64,000 nt of DNA from Elusimicrobiota bacterium (GCA_043811535.1 JBDRNC010000028.1:96001-160000); one strand, 5' to 3'; positions 1 through 10,983 are shown, counted from the stretch's first letter. Translations and numbers: made by a program. Notes: generated by a model from the sequence alone, not told the origin.

Positions 1-89
1 AGTATGCCCCAGATAAACGAACCGCCCAGCGCTACTATCGGCGACGAGTAAAGCGTTCCCGAAAGCCATGTGAATATATTCAATATCAT
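1..89 (-). CDS. N-terminus of a probable cytochrome c biogenesis CcdA/DsbD-type membrane protein (runs off the window)
   Basis: Manual translation from ATG 89, which overlaps the upstream stop (ATGA): MILNIFTWLSGTLYSSPIVALGGSFIWGIL; follows thioredoxin genes. Confidence 0.55.
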   Translation of the reverse strand, partial: MILNIFTWLSGTLYSSPIVALGGSFIWGI

Positions 90-559
90 TCGCAAACCTG
101 TCCCGGCTCCATTTTCATGCCGCTTTCCTTCTTTTTGGGCGCGCTTTTCGCAGTTTCCGATACTCCCTGTTGCTTTAACACTTTAACTATCTCTTCCTTG
201 GGGAAAAAGCCTTCATGCCTGAAATACTCTTTGCCGGCTTTATCAAGGAATACCTGCGTCGGTATTACGCGGATTTTGTATTTTTCGCCGTACTGCCGGC
301 CTTCTTCTGTCCATACATCGTAAAAAACGACCTTGACCTGCTTGCTGTATTCTTCTTCAATCTCTTTCATGACCGGCTGCATCGCCTTGCAGGGCATGCA
401 GTTGACCGAACCCAGTTCAACAAAAGTTACTTTGATATCGCTTTTTTTCTGCGGCTGCGCGGATTTCACAGCACTTACTTTTTCAACCGCGTTTGAGTTA
501 ATCGCCGAAACAAGCAATAACCCCGCAGCTAATACTCCGACAATTGTAATATTTTTCAA
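86..559 (-). CDS. Exported thioredoxin-family protein
   Basis: Signal peptide, CMPC (CxxC) motif, cis-Pro IPT motif. Confidence 0.85.
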   Translation of the reverse strand: MKNITIVGVLAAGLLLVSAINSNAVEKVSAVKSAQPQKKSDIKVTFVELGSVNCMPCKAMQPVMKEIEEEYSKQVKVVFYDVWTEEGRQYGEKYKIRVIPTQVFLDKAGKEYFRHEGFFPKEEIVKVLKQQGVSETAKSAPKKKESGMKMEPGQVCE

Positions 560-634
560 GAGTCCTCCTTGTGAACACTTTACCCGTTATTCTGCAGTTT
601 TTACCAGTCACCAGTCACTAGTCACTGTCATTAT

Positions 635-937
635 TCATCCGCAGCAACTGCCGCCGTCCCCGCAGCCGCACGAGCTCTTGGTTGTATCGCTTTTCTCAAT
701 AATCCACTTCTTTATCTCGTCTTTTGAAGGTATCCTTCCGGCAACCACGACTTTTCCGTCTATGGCAAGCGCCGGCGTTATCATAACGCCGTAATTCATG
801 ATATCCTCTATTTTGTCAACCTTATCCACCGCGACTTTCGCGCCGATTCCCATTTCGAGCACGGCCTCCTGAGTCATTTGCAGGAGCTTCTTGCATCTCG
901 GGCATCCCGTTCCGAGTATTTCCAGCTTCATGTTCAT
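635..937 (-). CDS. Small redox-active disulfide protein (thioredoxin-like) with Cys-rich tail
   Basis: ILGTGCPRC, YGVMITPALAIDG; tail SSCGCGDGGSCCG. Confidence 0.85.
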   Translation of the reverse strand: MNMKLEILGTGCPRCKKLLQMTQEAVLEMGIGAKVAVDKVDKIEDIMNYGVMITPALAIDGKVVVAGRIPSKDEIKKWIIEKSDTTKSSCGCGDGGSCCG

Positions 938-999
938 ACCTCCTGTCTAAAGTATAATACCATCTTTGTGTCCGATACGTTTTTTGACTTTTTCGCTTG

Positions 1000-1156
1000 G
1001 TTCGCGGCCGCGAATAAGCGCGAATTGGATGGAATTTCTATTCACGCCCTCCGCGAACAGAACTAAAAACACATTGATATATCAATCATTCCCCATTCGC
1101 GGTTCTATTCGCGGTCTATTCGCGGTTTTTTGCCGCGAATTGGGGCCGCGAATAGG
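1000..1156. repeat. Cluster of ATTCGCGG/CCGCGAAT direct and inverted repeats
   Basis: attcgcgg x3 at 1095-1125, ccgcgaat at 1133 and 1146, palindrome ttcgcggccgcgaa at 1001-1014. Confidence 0.7.
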
Positions 1157-1242
1157 GCTTTTCAGCAAGATTGCAGCAAGTGTGAAAGCATTTCACTTAG
1201 CACCAAAAAAGGAATACGTTAACCAGGATCAGACAGTATATG

Positions 1243-2403
1243 CTAGAACCATAACCCATAGATTATCCCGGTAAACGTTGCCATCACTATAACAAGCGAA
1301 ATATATACCAGCGTTTTCTTCGTTCCCATGACGCTTTTGATTACAAGCATGCTGGGCAGGCTTAACGCGGGGCCCGCCAACAGCAGAGCCAGGGCAGGGC
1401 CTTTGCCCATGCCTGAGCCCATTAAACCCTGCAGTATGGGAATTTCGGTCAGCGTGGCAAAATACATGAACGCGCCGCTGAAAGCCGCGAAAAAGTTCGC
1501 CCACAGCGAGTTGTTCCCGACAAGCATTGCGATAAACCTATTTGGTATCAGGCCGTTGTCAAAACCCGGTCGGCCGAGCAGTATTCCCGCGGCAAACACA
1601 CCTATGAACAGCAGCGGGAATATCTGCTTTGCGAAGGTCCACGTGGAATCAACCCAGGCGGCAAGCTCTTCTTTTTGAAACCATTGTTTAAGCATAAAAA
1701 ACAATATGATAAGCAGGCCGCCGGTGATGAACCAGTGAACCCCGTGAATCGCGTTCCAAAAGCCCGATCCCTCTTCCGGCCTGCCCCACGCGGCGAAAAT
1801 AAGTATAAGCACCATTGTAAGAAAGTAAAGCGCGGTCCGCCAAAGCAGTCTCTGCTCACCGGCTTCAACGGCAAACATGTTTCCGTCAGCGTGTTTATCG
1901 TTTTCTTCTTTACGAAAGATAAACGCCATCGCTGCTCCGATTACAACCGCGAATATTACGGCGCCGATAGCCCGGGCAACGCCTATTTCAATTCCCAGAA
2001 CCCGCGCGGTCAGTATAACGGCAAGCACGTTTATCGCCGGTCCCGAGTAAAGAAAAGCCGTGGCGGGCCCTATTCCGGCTCCGCGCTTGTATATCCCCGC
2101 GAATATCGGCAGGACTGTGCAGGAACACACCGCAAGTATCGTGCCGGAAACTGACGCCACCCCGTAGGCAAGGAACCTGTTGGCTTTCGGGCCGAAGTAT
2201 TTCATAACCGAGGCCTGCGAGACAAAGACCGATATCGCGCCCGCAATAAAAAACGCCGGGACAAGACACGTCAACACGTGAAGCCGCGCGTATTCCTGGA
2301 GCAGATAGAAACCCTCCATGACCGGCGACTGCAAACCAAAAGATTTAAACGGGATAAAATACGCGAGCAGATACACAACGATAATCAGAATCAGTTTATT
2401 CAC
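1243..2403 (-). CDS. Permease, ArsP/DUF318 family
   Basis: Multiple TM helices, AVCSCTVLP motif, lies downstream of ArsR. Confidence 0.85.
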   Translation of the reverse strand: MNKLILIIVVYLLAYFIPFKSFGLQSPVMEGFYLLQEYARLHVLTCLVPAFFIAGAISVFVSQASVMKYFGPKANRFLAYGVASVSGTILAVCSCTVLPIFAGIYKRGAGIGPATAFLYSGPAINVLAVILTARVLGIEIGVARAIGAVIFAVVIGAAMAFIFRKEENDKHADGNMFAVEAGEQRLLWRTALYFLTMVLILIFAAWGRPEEGSGFWNAIHGVHWFITGGLLIILFFMLKQWFQKEELAAWVDSTWTFAKQIFPLLFIGVFAAGILLGRPGFDNGLIPNRFIAMLVGNNSLWANFFAAFSGAFMYFATLTEIPILQGLMGSGMGKGPALALLLAGPALSLPSMLVIKSVMGTKKTLVYISLVIVMATFTGIIYGLWF

Positions 2404-2767
2404 GATTTCCTTTTATCAAGCCGCAGCACTTGTCTTTTATCCGTTCTTTAAGCGTGCAGCACAGGCGTTTTTTGTCTTCCGCGAGGGTTTTTTCGGGAAC
2501 TGCCGCTAATCCGCTGAATATATCTGACAAATATTTGTCTTCCGGCTCTATCAGCGAGTAATAAATGAATTTGCCATCGCGTTTTTCCGTCACGAGCCCC
2601 GCGGATTTCAGCTCTTTCATGTGTTTTGACACGTTATACTGGGCTAATTGAAGAGTATGCATTATTTCGCAGATGCACAGCGGCTTTTTTGATTTGAGCA
2701 TAAGATTTATTATCCTAAGCCGCGTCTTGTCCGCCAGCGCTTTCATGATTTTAACGATCTGTTCCAT
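2396..2767 (-). CDS. ArsR/SmtB family metalloregulator
   Basis: KALADKTRLRI, LCICE, VSKHMKELK HTH; C-terminal CC pairs. Confidence 0.9.
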   Translation of the reverse strand: MEQIVKIMKALADKTRLRIINLMLKSKKPLCICEIMHTLQLAQYNVSKHMKELKSAGLVTEKRDGKFIYYSLIEPEDKYLSDIFSGLAAVPEKTLAEDKKRLCCTLKERIKDKCCGLIKGNRE

Positions 2768-2911
2768 GATTACCTCTTATTTCCCCTCCTTATTTAAGGA
2801 GGGGTTAGGGGAGATTTGTAAACCATCTAAAAATCCCCCTTGTTCTGCCACCGTATTCACTTCCGAAGAGTCTCCGCCACTTCGGAAGTGAAATAAAGGG
2901 GGTGGGGGGTT

Positions 2912-2966
2912 ATCTGCTCATATGCCCTTATGTGCATATGTTAGCAGATGATTATAATTTTGTCAA
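2912..2966 (-). promoter_or_regulatory. Sigma70-type promoter with overlapping inverted repeat (probable ArsR operator)
   Basis: Minus strand TTGACA (2966-2961)-N17-TAACAT (2943-2938); IR CATATGC (2919-2925) / GCATATG (2934-2940) flanked by ATCTGCT/AGCAGAT. Confidence 0.65.
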
Positions 2967-3022
2967 TGGCTAAATTCAGCGGAGAAATAATGCGGTTTGT
3001 GCTGGATTCTTTGTCTTTTATC

Positions 3023-3775
3023 TTATTTCTTTTTCCAGTGGGGGGTGAAATCAACTTCTTCGGGGGGCACTACTATTTCCGGTTTCTGCGAGAGGCTTTC
3101 CCAGTATGCTTTGTCCAGGTTATCGTCGAATATCTGTATCAATCCCTGCTTTTTATATTCTTTCAGCAGCGCTTCTTTGGCCCTTACGGGGTTTGGCCCG
3201 AACTTCGTCATTTCCACGTCGCCCCCGTATTGTTCGTAAACCGCTTTGTTAAGCTTCCATGACTCCACCCACGGCGCGTAAACGGCTCTATTTTCTTCCT
3301 TTGAACTCTTTTTTGTTTTTTTAAAATATATCTCGTGCTTTTCAAGGTTCTCCAGCAGTTTCTTTTCTTCTTCGAGTTTCCCCCGTTTTTTCGCGTCAAG
3401 CGAAGCGTCCTTCAGAGCCTTTCTGATCTCTTTCAGCTCTTCTTTACGCTCCTTACTCTTCCTTTTCATGAATTCTCTCTGGTATTTCTCAAGTTCCCTC
3501 ACTTCACCGTCTGTTGCCCGCAATTCCTTTGTCCTAATATAATCCCTGTACGCATACTGCCAGATTATTTTGGAAAGTTTCTGCACCGGCCCTTCCACAG
3601 AACACGTTTCCCCGGAATACTCAAGTTTATCCCCGGGCAGATATCCAACCGCATCATACGCGACATTGACTCCCATTACCCTGGCGCATATTTCTTCCCT
3701 GTTTTCCTGGGAATATGCGAATGAGCCCGTCAGCCCCGCGCAGATAATTGCCGTTATGAAGTGTTTTAGTTTCAT
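3023..3775 (-). CDS. Secreted hypothetical protein with coiled-coil region
   Basis: Signal peptide; charged helical middle; no family recognised. Confidence 0.7.
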   Translation of the reverse strand: MKLKHFITAIICAGLTGSFAYSQENREEICARVMGVNVAYDAVGYLPGDKLEYSGETCSVEGPVQKLSKIIWQYAYRDYIRTKELRATDGEVRELEKYQREFMKRKSKERKEELKEIRKALKDASLDAKKRGKLEEEKKLLENLEKHEIYFKKTKKSSKEENRAVYAPWVESWKLNKAVYEQYGGDVEMTKFGPNPVRAKEALLKEYKKQGLIQIFDDNLDKAYWESLSQKPEIVVPPEEVDFTPHWKKK

Positions 3776-3848
3776 TTTCCCTTCAATTACTTTATTATAT
3801 CGTTTTTACCCTTCCGTAGCTCGAAGAGCGCAGGAGGGCGTCTTCCAT

Positions 3849-4955
3849 CTATACCAGCTTCTCGTATTTCTTCAGTCCCAGTTCCGCTATCATCGTTTTC
3901 ATCTCTTTCTGCAGTTCCTCATTTACGGGCACGCCCTTGTCTTTCCGGTCAAGCCAGGCAAGGTATTCCTTCTCACCGGCGGTGAATATCCTGCTCTGGC
4001 CGGGCATTTTCTTTGATTCTCGCAGCTGGCGCAGTATATCACCGGTGATTTTCTTAAAACTATTTACCTCGGTAAATGCCGAGATGTCTATCGCCTGGAA
4101 AAAATGCCCCAGGTGATACGGCACTTTTTTGCCGTCCTGAAATCCGAGCAGTCCTTTTAAAAATGTTCCGCTTTGAAGAGCGGACGAAAGTATTTCAATG
4201 ACAGTGCAGTAGCCGTAGCCCTTGTAGCCGGCTGTTTTTTCACCTATCCCGCCGAGCGGCGTGAGCGCGGCCGTCCCCTTGACGAGATCCGTAAGTATCT
4301 GTTTTGAATCCGTTTTCGGATTACCGTCGTCGCCGACAACCCATCCCTCCGGCAGTTCCTTTCCTTCCCTCGCGTATACTTCTATCTTGCCCCTTTGGGT
4401 AAGAGACGTCGCGCAGTCAATCACGAACGGGAAATCCTCGTCCGTGGGCACGGCAAATGTCAGCGGGTTGGTGCCCAGCATGTTCTCAACGCCGAAAGTC
4501 GGGGCGACCGAGGGCCTGGCGTTGGTTCCTGTCATGCCTATCATGCCGGCTTTGGCCGCCATGATCGCGTAATAGCCGGCTATGCCGTAATGCGTCGAAT
4601 TCCTGACGGCCACCATGCCCATGCCGTACTTTTTCGCCTTGTCTATCGCCATTTGCATGGACTTCTTGGCGATCACGTGGCCCATGCCGTCATGCCCGTC
4701 TATGACAGCAGTCGTCGGGCCCTCTTTGACTATTTCAAAATTGGTCTTTACGTGCTGTATCCCTTCCTTTATCCTGTCGTAGTAGATGGTCTTGAGCCGC
4801 CCTATGCCGTGCGAATCTATCCCGCGCTTGTCCGAAGTTATCAGGACGTCCGCGCAGACTTTCGCGTCTTCTTCCGGTACGCCCAGGCCCTTGAATACAT
4901 CAACCATGAATTGTTCCATCATGTCGAATTTGATCCACTTAACATTATTATTCAT
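3849..4955 (-). CDS. Ldh_2 family oxidoreductase (malate/L-lactate/sulfolactate dehydrogenase type)
   Basis: GIDSHG, NSTHYG, GTNP, GYKGYG motifs. Confidence 0.9.
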   Translation of the reverse strand: MNNNVKWIKFDMMEQFMVDVFKGLGVPEEDAKVCADVLITSDKRGIDSHGIGRLKTIYYDRIKEGIQHVKTNFEIVKEGPTTAVIDGHDGMGHVIAKKSMQMAIDKAKKYGMGMVAVRNSTHYGIAGYYAIMAAKAGMIGMTGTNARPSVAPTFGVENMLGTNPLTFAVPTDEDFPFVIDCATSLTQRGKIEVYAREGKELPEGWVVGDDGNPKTDSKQILTDLVKGTAALTPLGGIGEKTAGYKGYGYCTVIEILSSALQSGTFLKGLLGFQDGKKVPYHLGHFFQAIDISAFTEVNSFKKITGDILRQLRESKKMPGQSRIFTAGEKEYLAWLDRKDKGVPVNEELQKEMKTMIAELGLKKYEKLV

Positions 4956-4986
4956 ATTTTCCTTTTGTCAGTCCTCGCGATGACGG

Positions 4987-5490
4987 CTACTTCGTTAATG
5001 CAATGATCATTTCCTTGAATTTCGGGTATTCTCTGACAAGTTCGCACCGTTTTCCGATTTCAAAATCCGTATAATCGAATCCTGGCGCGACAGTTGTTCC
5101 CAAAAGCGCGTATTTTCCGTCTTCTATGAGTTTCGCGCCCTGCCAGATGTTCTTTTTCACTATTACCTGGGGTTTCATCCCTTTGAATATCTCCGGTCCC
5201 AGCGTTACTATCCTGCCCTTGCCGTTTGGCAGCAACTGGAGCATCTCAACGGGGTCCCCAAGATAGAAATGGAATATTTCGTCGCTGTGGATGCGGTGCA
5301 TTGACGAAAATGAATCCTGCGTGAGCAGGTAGTATACGCACGTTGAGTAATTTCTGGCGCCTTTGTATCTCTTCGGAAGCGACATCGGGCCGATCTTGTC
5401 TTCCGAGCGGTAGGTCTCGTGAAAAAAACCGCCTTCGTCCAGCAGCGGCTTCAGCTTTAACAGTTTTCTAATTTGGGATATCTTATCCAT
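4987..5490 (-). CDS. Cupin_5 (DUF985) protein
   Basis: EGGFFHETYRS, HRIHSDEIFHFYLG, VAPGFDY. Confidence 0.9.
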   Translation of the reverse strand: MDKISQIRKLLKLKPLLDEGGFFHETYRSEDKIGPMSLPKRYKGARNYSTCVYYLLTQDSFSSMHRIHSDEIFHFYLGDPVEMLQLLPNGKGRIVTLGPEIFKGMKPQVIVKKNIWQGAKLIEDGKYALLGTTVAPGFDYTDFEIGKRCELVREYPKFKEMIIALTK

Positions 5491-5514
5491 TATCTAATTG
5501 CCAATTGCTAATAG

Positions 5515-6978
5515 CTAATTGCTTAGTTTCATTTTTAGTATCTTATTCACGATTCCCGGGTTGGCCTTGCCCTGGGTTTTTTTCATGACTGCGCCCACAA
5601 GGGAACCGATCGCTTTTTCGTTTCCCGCCTGTATTTCAGCAACCGCTTTCGGATTCTCGGCTATAACCTCATCGCATATCTTTGCAATCGCGTTTTCGTC
5701 CGTTATCTGAACAAGGCCTTTTTCCCTTACTATGTCTTCCGGGCTTTTTCCAGTTGCAACCATTTCTTCAAAAACAGTTTTTGCAATCTTTCCTGAAATT
5801 GTTGAATCCATTATTAAGCCAACAAGCTCGGCAAGATTCATAAAAGATACTGGTGAATCAGTTATTTTTTTATTCTCAGCGTTCAGTTTTCCAATCAAAT
5901 CATTAATTAGCCAGTTCGCAACTGGTTTATATGCTTCCTTTATTTTTCCCGGTGGTATAGAACGCAAAGCATCCTCAAAAAAATCTGCTAATGCCTTATC
6001 TGCTGTTATCACGCCCGCGTCATATTCCGATAGTCCCAGTTCTGAAACGAAGCGCGCCCGGCGTTTTTCCGGCAGTTCCGGAAGCTCTTTCCTTATATTG
6101 TCCACAAAACCCGCCGATAGTTCCAGCGGGACCAGGTCGGGTTCCGGGAAATACCTGTAATCGTGCGCCTGTTCCTTCGTGCGCATCGATATTGTCTTGC
6201 ACTTATCGGCGTCCCAGAGACGGGTTTCCTGCGTTATTTTCCCGCCGCCGGAAACTTCCTCTACCTGTCTGTTTATTTCATATTCTATGGCTTCTTTCAC
6301 GCCGCTGAGCGAGTTCATGTTTTTCAGTTCCACTTTCGTGCCCAACTCTTTCTGTCCTTCGGGCCTGATGCTTATGTTGGCGTCGCAGCGGAACTTGCCT
6401 TCTTCCATGTTGCATTCGGAAACGCCGAGATATTCAAGGATGCTTTTCAGCGCCGAAAGATACTGGTATGCCTCTTCCGCGGCGCGCATGTCGGGCTCCG
6501 AGACGATTTCCATCAGCGGGACACCCGTCCTGTTAAGGTCCACTAGCGAATAATCCAATTCCCTGCTTCCGATTGCGTGCAAGAGCTTGCCGGCGTCTTC
6601 TTCAAGGTGTATTCTCGTTATTCCTACTGTTTTTTTCTGGCCGTCAGCCGATATTTCCAGCTTGCCGCGCTCGCAGACGGGAAGTTCATACTGCGATATC
6701 TGGTAATTTTTAGGAAGGTCGGGATAAAAATACTGTTTTCTTGCAAAAATGGAATCTTTGTTGATTTGGCAGCCGAGCGCAAGGCCTGTTTTAACTATGA
6801 ACCTGACGGCCTTTTCATTGAGGACGGGGAGCACGCCGGGCTGACCCGTGCAGACGGGGCAGATGTTTTTGTTCGGCTCCGAGCCGAACTCAGCCGGGCA
6901 GGAACAGAATATCTTGCTTTCTGTTTTTAATTGAGTGTGGACTTCGAGTCCTATTACAGCTTCAAATTTATTAGTCAT
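5515..6978 (-). CDS. gatB: Asp-tRNA(Asn)/Glu-tRNA(Gln) amidotransferase subunit B
   Basis: VIGLEVH, YFYPDLPK, HLEEDAGK, YRYFPEPDL. Confidence 0.98.
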   Translation of the reverse strand: MTNKFEAVIGLEVHTQLKTESKIFCSCPAEFGSEPNKNICPVCTGQPGVLPVLNEKAVRFIVKTGLALGCQINKDSIFARKQYFYPDLPKNYQISQYELPVCERGKLEISADGQKKTVGITRIHLEEDAGKLLHAIGSRELDYSLVDLNRTGVPLMEIVSEPDMRAAEEAYQYLSALKSILEYLGVSECNMEEGKFRCDANISIRPEGQKELGTKVELKNMNSLSGVKEAIEYEINRQVEEVSGGGKITQETRLWDADKCKTISMRTKEQAHDYRYFPEPDLVPLELSAGFVDNIRKELPELPEKRRARFVSELGLSEYDAGVITADKALADFFEDALRSIPPGKIKEAYKPVANWLINDLIGKLNAENKKITDSPVSFMNLAELVGLIMDSTISGKIAKTVFEEMVATGKSPEDIVREKGLVQITDENAIAKICDEVIAENPKAVAEIQAGNEKAIGSLVGAVMKKTQGKANPGIVNKILKMKLSN

Positions 6979-7021
6979 TATTGGTTTTCTCTATACCTAA
7001 TAATTTATCAGGACTATTTAG

Positions 7022-7092
7022 AAATGGCTATATGGCTAAATTGCTGATTGCTAAAGTCCCTGGCCATTTAGCAATTTAACAATACAGCAATG
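7022..7092. repeat. Palindromic octamer array (ATGGCTAA-type units then TTAGCAAT-type units)
   Basis: Same family recurs at ~16522-16605, 18002-18075, 31341-31490, 35324-35411. Confidence 0.8.
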
Positions 7093-7107
7093 CAGTTGAT
7101 CTGCTAT

Positions 7108-8022
7108 TCATCCTTTCTTGTAGAACTGGTACGTCCAGTCGGCTATCTTTCCTATGAATTTTCTTGCCATCCGCCTGCTTTTTATGTCATCAGTGATAAC
7201 GCAGATGATGAAATCGCCCTCTGGCGTAAAAACTATACCGACATCGCTCATCGTGCCCTTGAGAGTGCCCGTTTTGTGCGCAATTTCTATGTCGCCGGGC
7301 AGCATCCGCGGCAGGCGGTCCCTGAGTTTCTGTTTTTTAAGTATCTCAAGCATTTCCGCGCTTGCCCACTCGCTGACAAGGTCACCGCGGTATATTTTTT
7401 CCAGCAGAAACGCCATCTCTTCGGCCGTCGTGTAGTTCTCTATGCCGGCGTCGCGCCACTTGAGGTCCATTATGCCGCGCTTGAGGTCTGTTTCTTTCAA
7501 TCCAAACTCGACGAATTTCTGGTTTATGTAACCGAATCCCAGCGCGTCAACAAGCATGTTGGTCGCGGTGTTATCGCTTTCTTCTATCATTCGTTCCATA
7601 AGATTCTTTATCGTGAATTTTTTTCCGTTCCTCGTCCTGTACAGTTTCCCACCGCCCGGAGACTTGTATTTCCGCTGGAGAGTCAGCTCATCGGTCAGTT
7701 CAAGCCTGCCTTCTTTTTCCGCCTCATAGACGGCCGCCATTATGGGAATCTTGACGAGGCTCGCGCTCGGAAAGAGATTTTCCGCGTTGATGCGCACTTC
7801 CTGGCGGGTTTTCAGGTCCTTTACCAGTATCCCGGAAGAACCGCGGAAATTATCGGCGCATATCTGCAGTTCCTGCATCAGCCGGCCGTAATCCACCCTG
7901 GGCGGCTCCGGTCTCATCATTGTGGCGAACAGGTACACCATCGCCGAAACGATCAAGAATCCGGCTGTTATCTGTACCTTAAATTTCAGGATTTTTCTTA
8001 TGCCATTCAGTGTTTTTCTCAT
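7108..8022 (-). CDS. Membrane-anchored serine hydrolase, class A beta-lactamase-like fold (start uncertain)
   Basis: SLVK (SxxK), SDN, KTG motifs; N-terminal TM helix; ORF overlaps the gatA 3' end by 44 nt. Confidence 0.85.
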   Translation of the reverse strand: MRKTLNGIRKILKFKVQITAGFLIVSAMVYLFATMMRPEPPRVDYGRLMQELQICADNFRGSSGILVKDLKTRQEVRINAENLFPSASLVKIPIMAAVYEAEKEGRLELTDELTLQRKYKSPGGGKLYRTRNGKKFTIKNLMERMIEESDNTATNMLVDALGFGYINQKFVEFGLKETDLKRGIMDLKWRDAGIENYTTAEEMAFLLEKIYRGDLVSEWASAEMLEILKKQKLRDRLPRMLPGDIEIAHKTGTLKGTMSDVGIVFTPEGDFIICVITDDIKSRRMARKFIGKIADWTYQFYKKG

Positions 8023-9436
8023 AATTGTGCGCGACCCTCATTATTTCTTCTTCCGCGAACGGTTTTCCAAGTATCTGCAGGCCTATTGGAAGCCCCTTGG
8101 AGGAAAGACCGCACGGGACAGATATACCCGGAATCCCGGCCAAATTGCATGATATCGTGAATATATCGGAAAGATACATCTGGAGCGGGTCCGACGATTT
8201 TTCCCCGATATTGAAAGCGGGTGTCGGAGCGGTCGGAGTAGCGATCACATCGACTTTTTCAAAAGCCTTCTCGAAATCCCTTTTAATAAGCGTCCGCACT
8301 CTCTGGGCCTTGCCGTAATACGCGTCGTAATACCCCGAGGAGAGCGCGTATGTCCCGAGCATTATCCTGCGTTTCACCTCGGCGCCGAAGCCCCGGCCGC
8401 GGGTTTTCTCGTATTCCTCAAGAAGGTTGGAGCATTCCGCGCGGAACCCGTATTTGGCGCCGTCGTACCTGGCAAGATTCGCCGACGCTTCCGACGGAGC
8501 TATAATATAATAAACCGCGACGGCGTATTCCGTGTGCGGAAGGGATATCTCCTCGATTTTCGCGCCCATTCCCTCAAGTTGCCCGACTGCCGCTTTAACA
8601 GCGGCCTCAACTTCAGGGTCCAGCCCTTTAATAAAGTATTCCTTCGGCAGGCCGATCCTGGCGCCCTTGATATCCTTTTTTATTCCCGAAACATAATCCG
8701 GAACCGGGACATCCGCGGACGTTGAATCGTTCGCGTCGCGGCCCGATATGATACCAAGGAGCAGCGCCGAATCTTCCACGGTCCTGGAAAAAGAACCTAT
8801 CTGGTCAAGCGAAGACGCGAAGGCCACGAGACCGTACCTGCTGACCCTGCCGTACGTGGGTTTTATCCCGGCCACTCCGCAGCACGCCGCGGGCTGTCTT
8901 ATGGAGCCGCCGGTGTCGGAACCCAAAGCGACCGGCGCCATCCGCGCGGCGACCGAGGCCGCGCTGCCGCCCGAAGAGCCGCCCGGGATGCAATCCGTGT
9001 TCCACGGGTTTTTCGTAGTGTGAAATGCCGAATTTTCCGTTGAGGAACCCATCGCGAACTCGTCAAGGTTCGTTTTCCCTATGAAAACCGCTCCCTCTTC
9101 TTTCAGTTTCCTTATCACCGTCGCGTCGTAGGGAGCCGTGTAATTTTCAAGTATTTTTGACGAGCACGTGGTTTTCGCGCCGTTTATCATCATGTTGTCT
9201 TTGACCGCCACCGGAACCCCGCAGAGTTTTCCGGTTCTTCCGCCGTCCGCGGCTTTGGCCTGTTCCAGCGCTTGTTTTTCAAGCACTGTTATGAATGCTT
9301 TCACCTTCGGCTCAACGCCGTTGATGCGCGCCAGAAAAGCTTTCGTGACCTCTACGCTTGAGATCTCCCTTTTGCGTATCTTTTCCGCCAGTTCAGTTGC
9401 CGATAGGTTAATAATATCGTTCATATTTTTATGCAA
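7979..9436 (-). CDS. gatA: Amidotransferase subunit A (start possibly 9424)
   Basis: [22 protein letters not shown] amidase signature, ANLARYDG. Confidence 0.98.
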   Translation of the reverse strand: MHKNMNDIINLSATELAEKIRKREISSVEVTKAFLARINGVEPKVKAFITVLEKQALEQAKAADGGRTGKLCGVPVAVKDNMMINGAKTTCSSKILENYTAPYDATVIRKLKEEGAVFIGKTNLDEFAMGSSTENSAFHTTKNPWNTDCIPGGSSGGSAASVAARMAPVALGSDTGGSIRQPAACCGVAGIKPTYGRVSRYGLVAFASSLDQIGSFSRTVEDSALLLGIISGRDANDSTSADVPVPDYVSGIKKDIKGARIGLPKEYFIKGLDPEVEAAVKAAVGQLEGMGAKIEEISLPHTEYAVAVYYIIAPSEASANLARYDGAKYGFRAECSNLLEEYEKTRGRGFGAEVKRRIMLGTYALSSGYYDAYYGKAQRVRTLIKRDFEKAFEKVDVIATPTAPTPAFNIGEKSSDPLQMYLSDIFTISCNLAGIPGISVPCGLSSKGLPIGLQILGKPFAEEEIMRVAHNYEKNTEWHKKNPEI

Positions 9437-9531
9437 TTAGCGATTTGCGATTAGCAATTAGTAAAGACAAACAAAGCGGCAAATCATAATTAGTAAAAAA
9501 CTAATCGCCAATTGCTAATGGCTAATTGCTG
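9434..9531. repeat. Palindromic heptamer array (TTAGCAA/TTGCTAA-type)
   Basis: Same family at ~5491-5526, 10864-10980, 27882-27951. Confidence 0.8.
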
Positions 9532-9537
9532 CCGTTA

Positions 9538-10533
9538 TCAGAACCATTTTTTCTTCCTCAGGAAAATATATGTTATCACGGTTACCGCCACAATCAATGA
9601 AAACGCGAAATACCACACGTTGTCATTCCCGAAGATCCTGTGTTCCAGGAAAGGAACCACGTTCATGCCGTAATAGCTCGTGATAAGCAGCGCCGGCAGG
9701 AATATCGTCGCTATTAATGTCAGGAATTTCATTATTTCGTTCAGCTTCAGCGTCACGCTTGAAACGTACACCTCGAGTATGCTGCCTATTAGCTGGTTGA
9801 AATTGGCTATTGACTGGTTTATGTGGTCGTACTGAAAGAAGATATCCCTGAAATACGCGGTGGATTTTCTTGAGATGATCCCGGCTGTCTCCCTTGTAAA
9901 ATAGGCGTAAACGTTCTTCTGCGGTTCGGATATCTTTCTCATGCTGAGCAGTATTTTCTTGAGCGAGAAGATGTCCTGGATGAGTTCCGGGGTCGGATCT
10001 CCCAGCAGTTTGTCCTCTAGTTTATCAACGGTCTCGTTTATTTTCTCAACGGTAAACTCATAGCTGTATACGACTTTCTGGAATATGGAATATACCAGGT
10101 ATTCGATGCTCCTGAGCTCGATCTGCGGTTTTATCTTCGCCTTCTCTATGAGCGTTTCTATAAGAAGTATCTCGCCGGTATGTATCGTGACCAGGAAATC
10201 TTTACCGATGAACAGGTCCAGCTCGTATATATGATTGTCAAGATCGGTAAGATCCTGCGCCTTCGCCCTTATCCCGTGAACCGCGGCGAAAATATAGTTC
10301 TCGAATTCCTCCACTTTCGGGTGGTATTGGGGAATGAGGCTGTCTTCGATTGATAATTCGTGGAATTTGAAAACGTCATAAAGGAGGGAAACCTCTTCAT
10401 CGGACAGGTCATGGTCCTCAATCGTCAGGTCCACCCATATCAGTTTCGGTTTCTGCTCGATGATAGCCGCTATGTTTTCGACGGCTACTTCCGCTGGGCT
10501 GTCGGCGTTTTTCAGGTAAATTGCTTTGATCAT
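9538..10533 (-). CDS. corA: Magnesium/cobalt transporter CorA
   Basis: YGMN signature, two C-terminal TM helices, FHELSIED. Confidence 0.92.
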   Translation of the reverse strand: MIKAIYLKNADSPAEVAVENIAAIIEQKPKLIWVDLTIEDHDLSDEEVSLLYDVFKFHELSIEDSLIPQYHPKVEEFENYIFAAVHGIRAKAQDLTDLDNHIYELDLFIGKDFLVTIHTGEILLIETLIEKAKIKPQIELRSIEYLVYSIFQKVVYSYEFTVEKINETVDKLEDKLLGDPTPELIQDIFSLKKILLSMRKISEPQKNVYAYFTRETAGIISRKSTAYFRDIFFQYDHINQSIANFNQLIGSILEVYVSSVTLKLNEIMKFLTLIATIFLPALLITSYYGMNVVPFLEHRIFGNDNVWYFAFSLIVAVTVITYIFLRKKKWF

Positions 10534-10563
10534 CGGGGCCTCTTAATTTGGGCGTGGCGTATT

Positions 10564-10857
10564 TTACTCTATTACTTTTTTCACTTTGAAGAAATTATCT
10601 TCCCGTTCCGGAGCGTTGCCCAGGAGTTTTTCTATTTCTTCTCCTGACGATTGTTTTGCTTTATCTTTCCTCCAGACGTTCTTCAGATCAAGCACGTGGC
10701 TGGTAGGCGGGACATTGCCCGTGTCCAGTTTATTAAGCTGGTCTATATATTCAAGTATTGATCCGAGCTGGACGGCGTATTTTTCCTTTTCTTCTTCCGT
10801 CAGCTCGAGCCGCGCAAGCCGCGCGACATAATCGACATCTTTTTTATTGATTTTCAT
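10564..10857 (-). CDS. gatC: Amidotransferase subunit C
   Basis: VARLARLEL, NAPE..FFKVKKVIE. Confidence 0.95.
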   Translation of the reverse strand: MKINKKDVDYVARLARLELTEEEKEKYAVQLGSILEYIDQLNKLDTGNVPPTSHVLDLKNVWRKDKAKQSSGEEIEKLLGNAPEREDNFFKVKKVIE

Positions 10858-10983
10858 TTTTGTTTAGCAATTAGCCATTAGCTATTGGCAATTAGTAGTA
10901 GAAATACTATTGCAGCTAACTGCTACCTCTTTCTGATTTTTTGTATCACTGATTGCTAATTGCAAATTGCTAATCGCTGCCAT

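Noticed and set aside
7108..8022. True class A beta-lactamase resistance gene
   Set aside because: No recognisable omega-loop ExxLN (Glu166) motif; membrane anchored in a housekeeping context.
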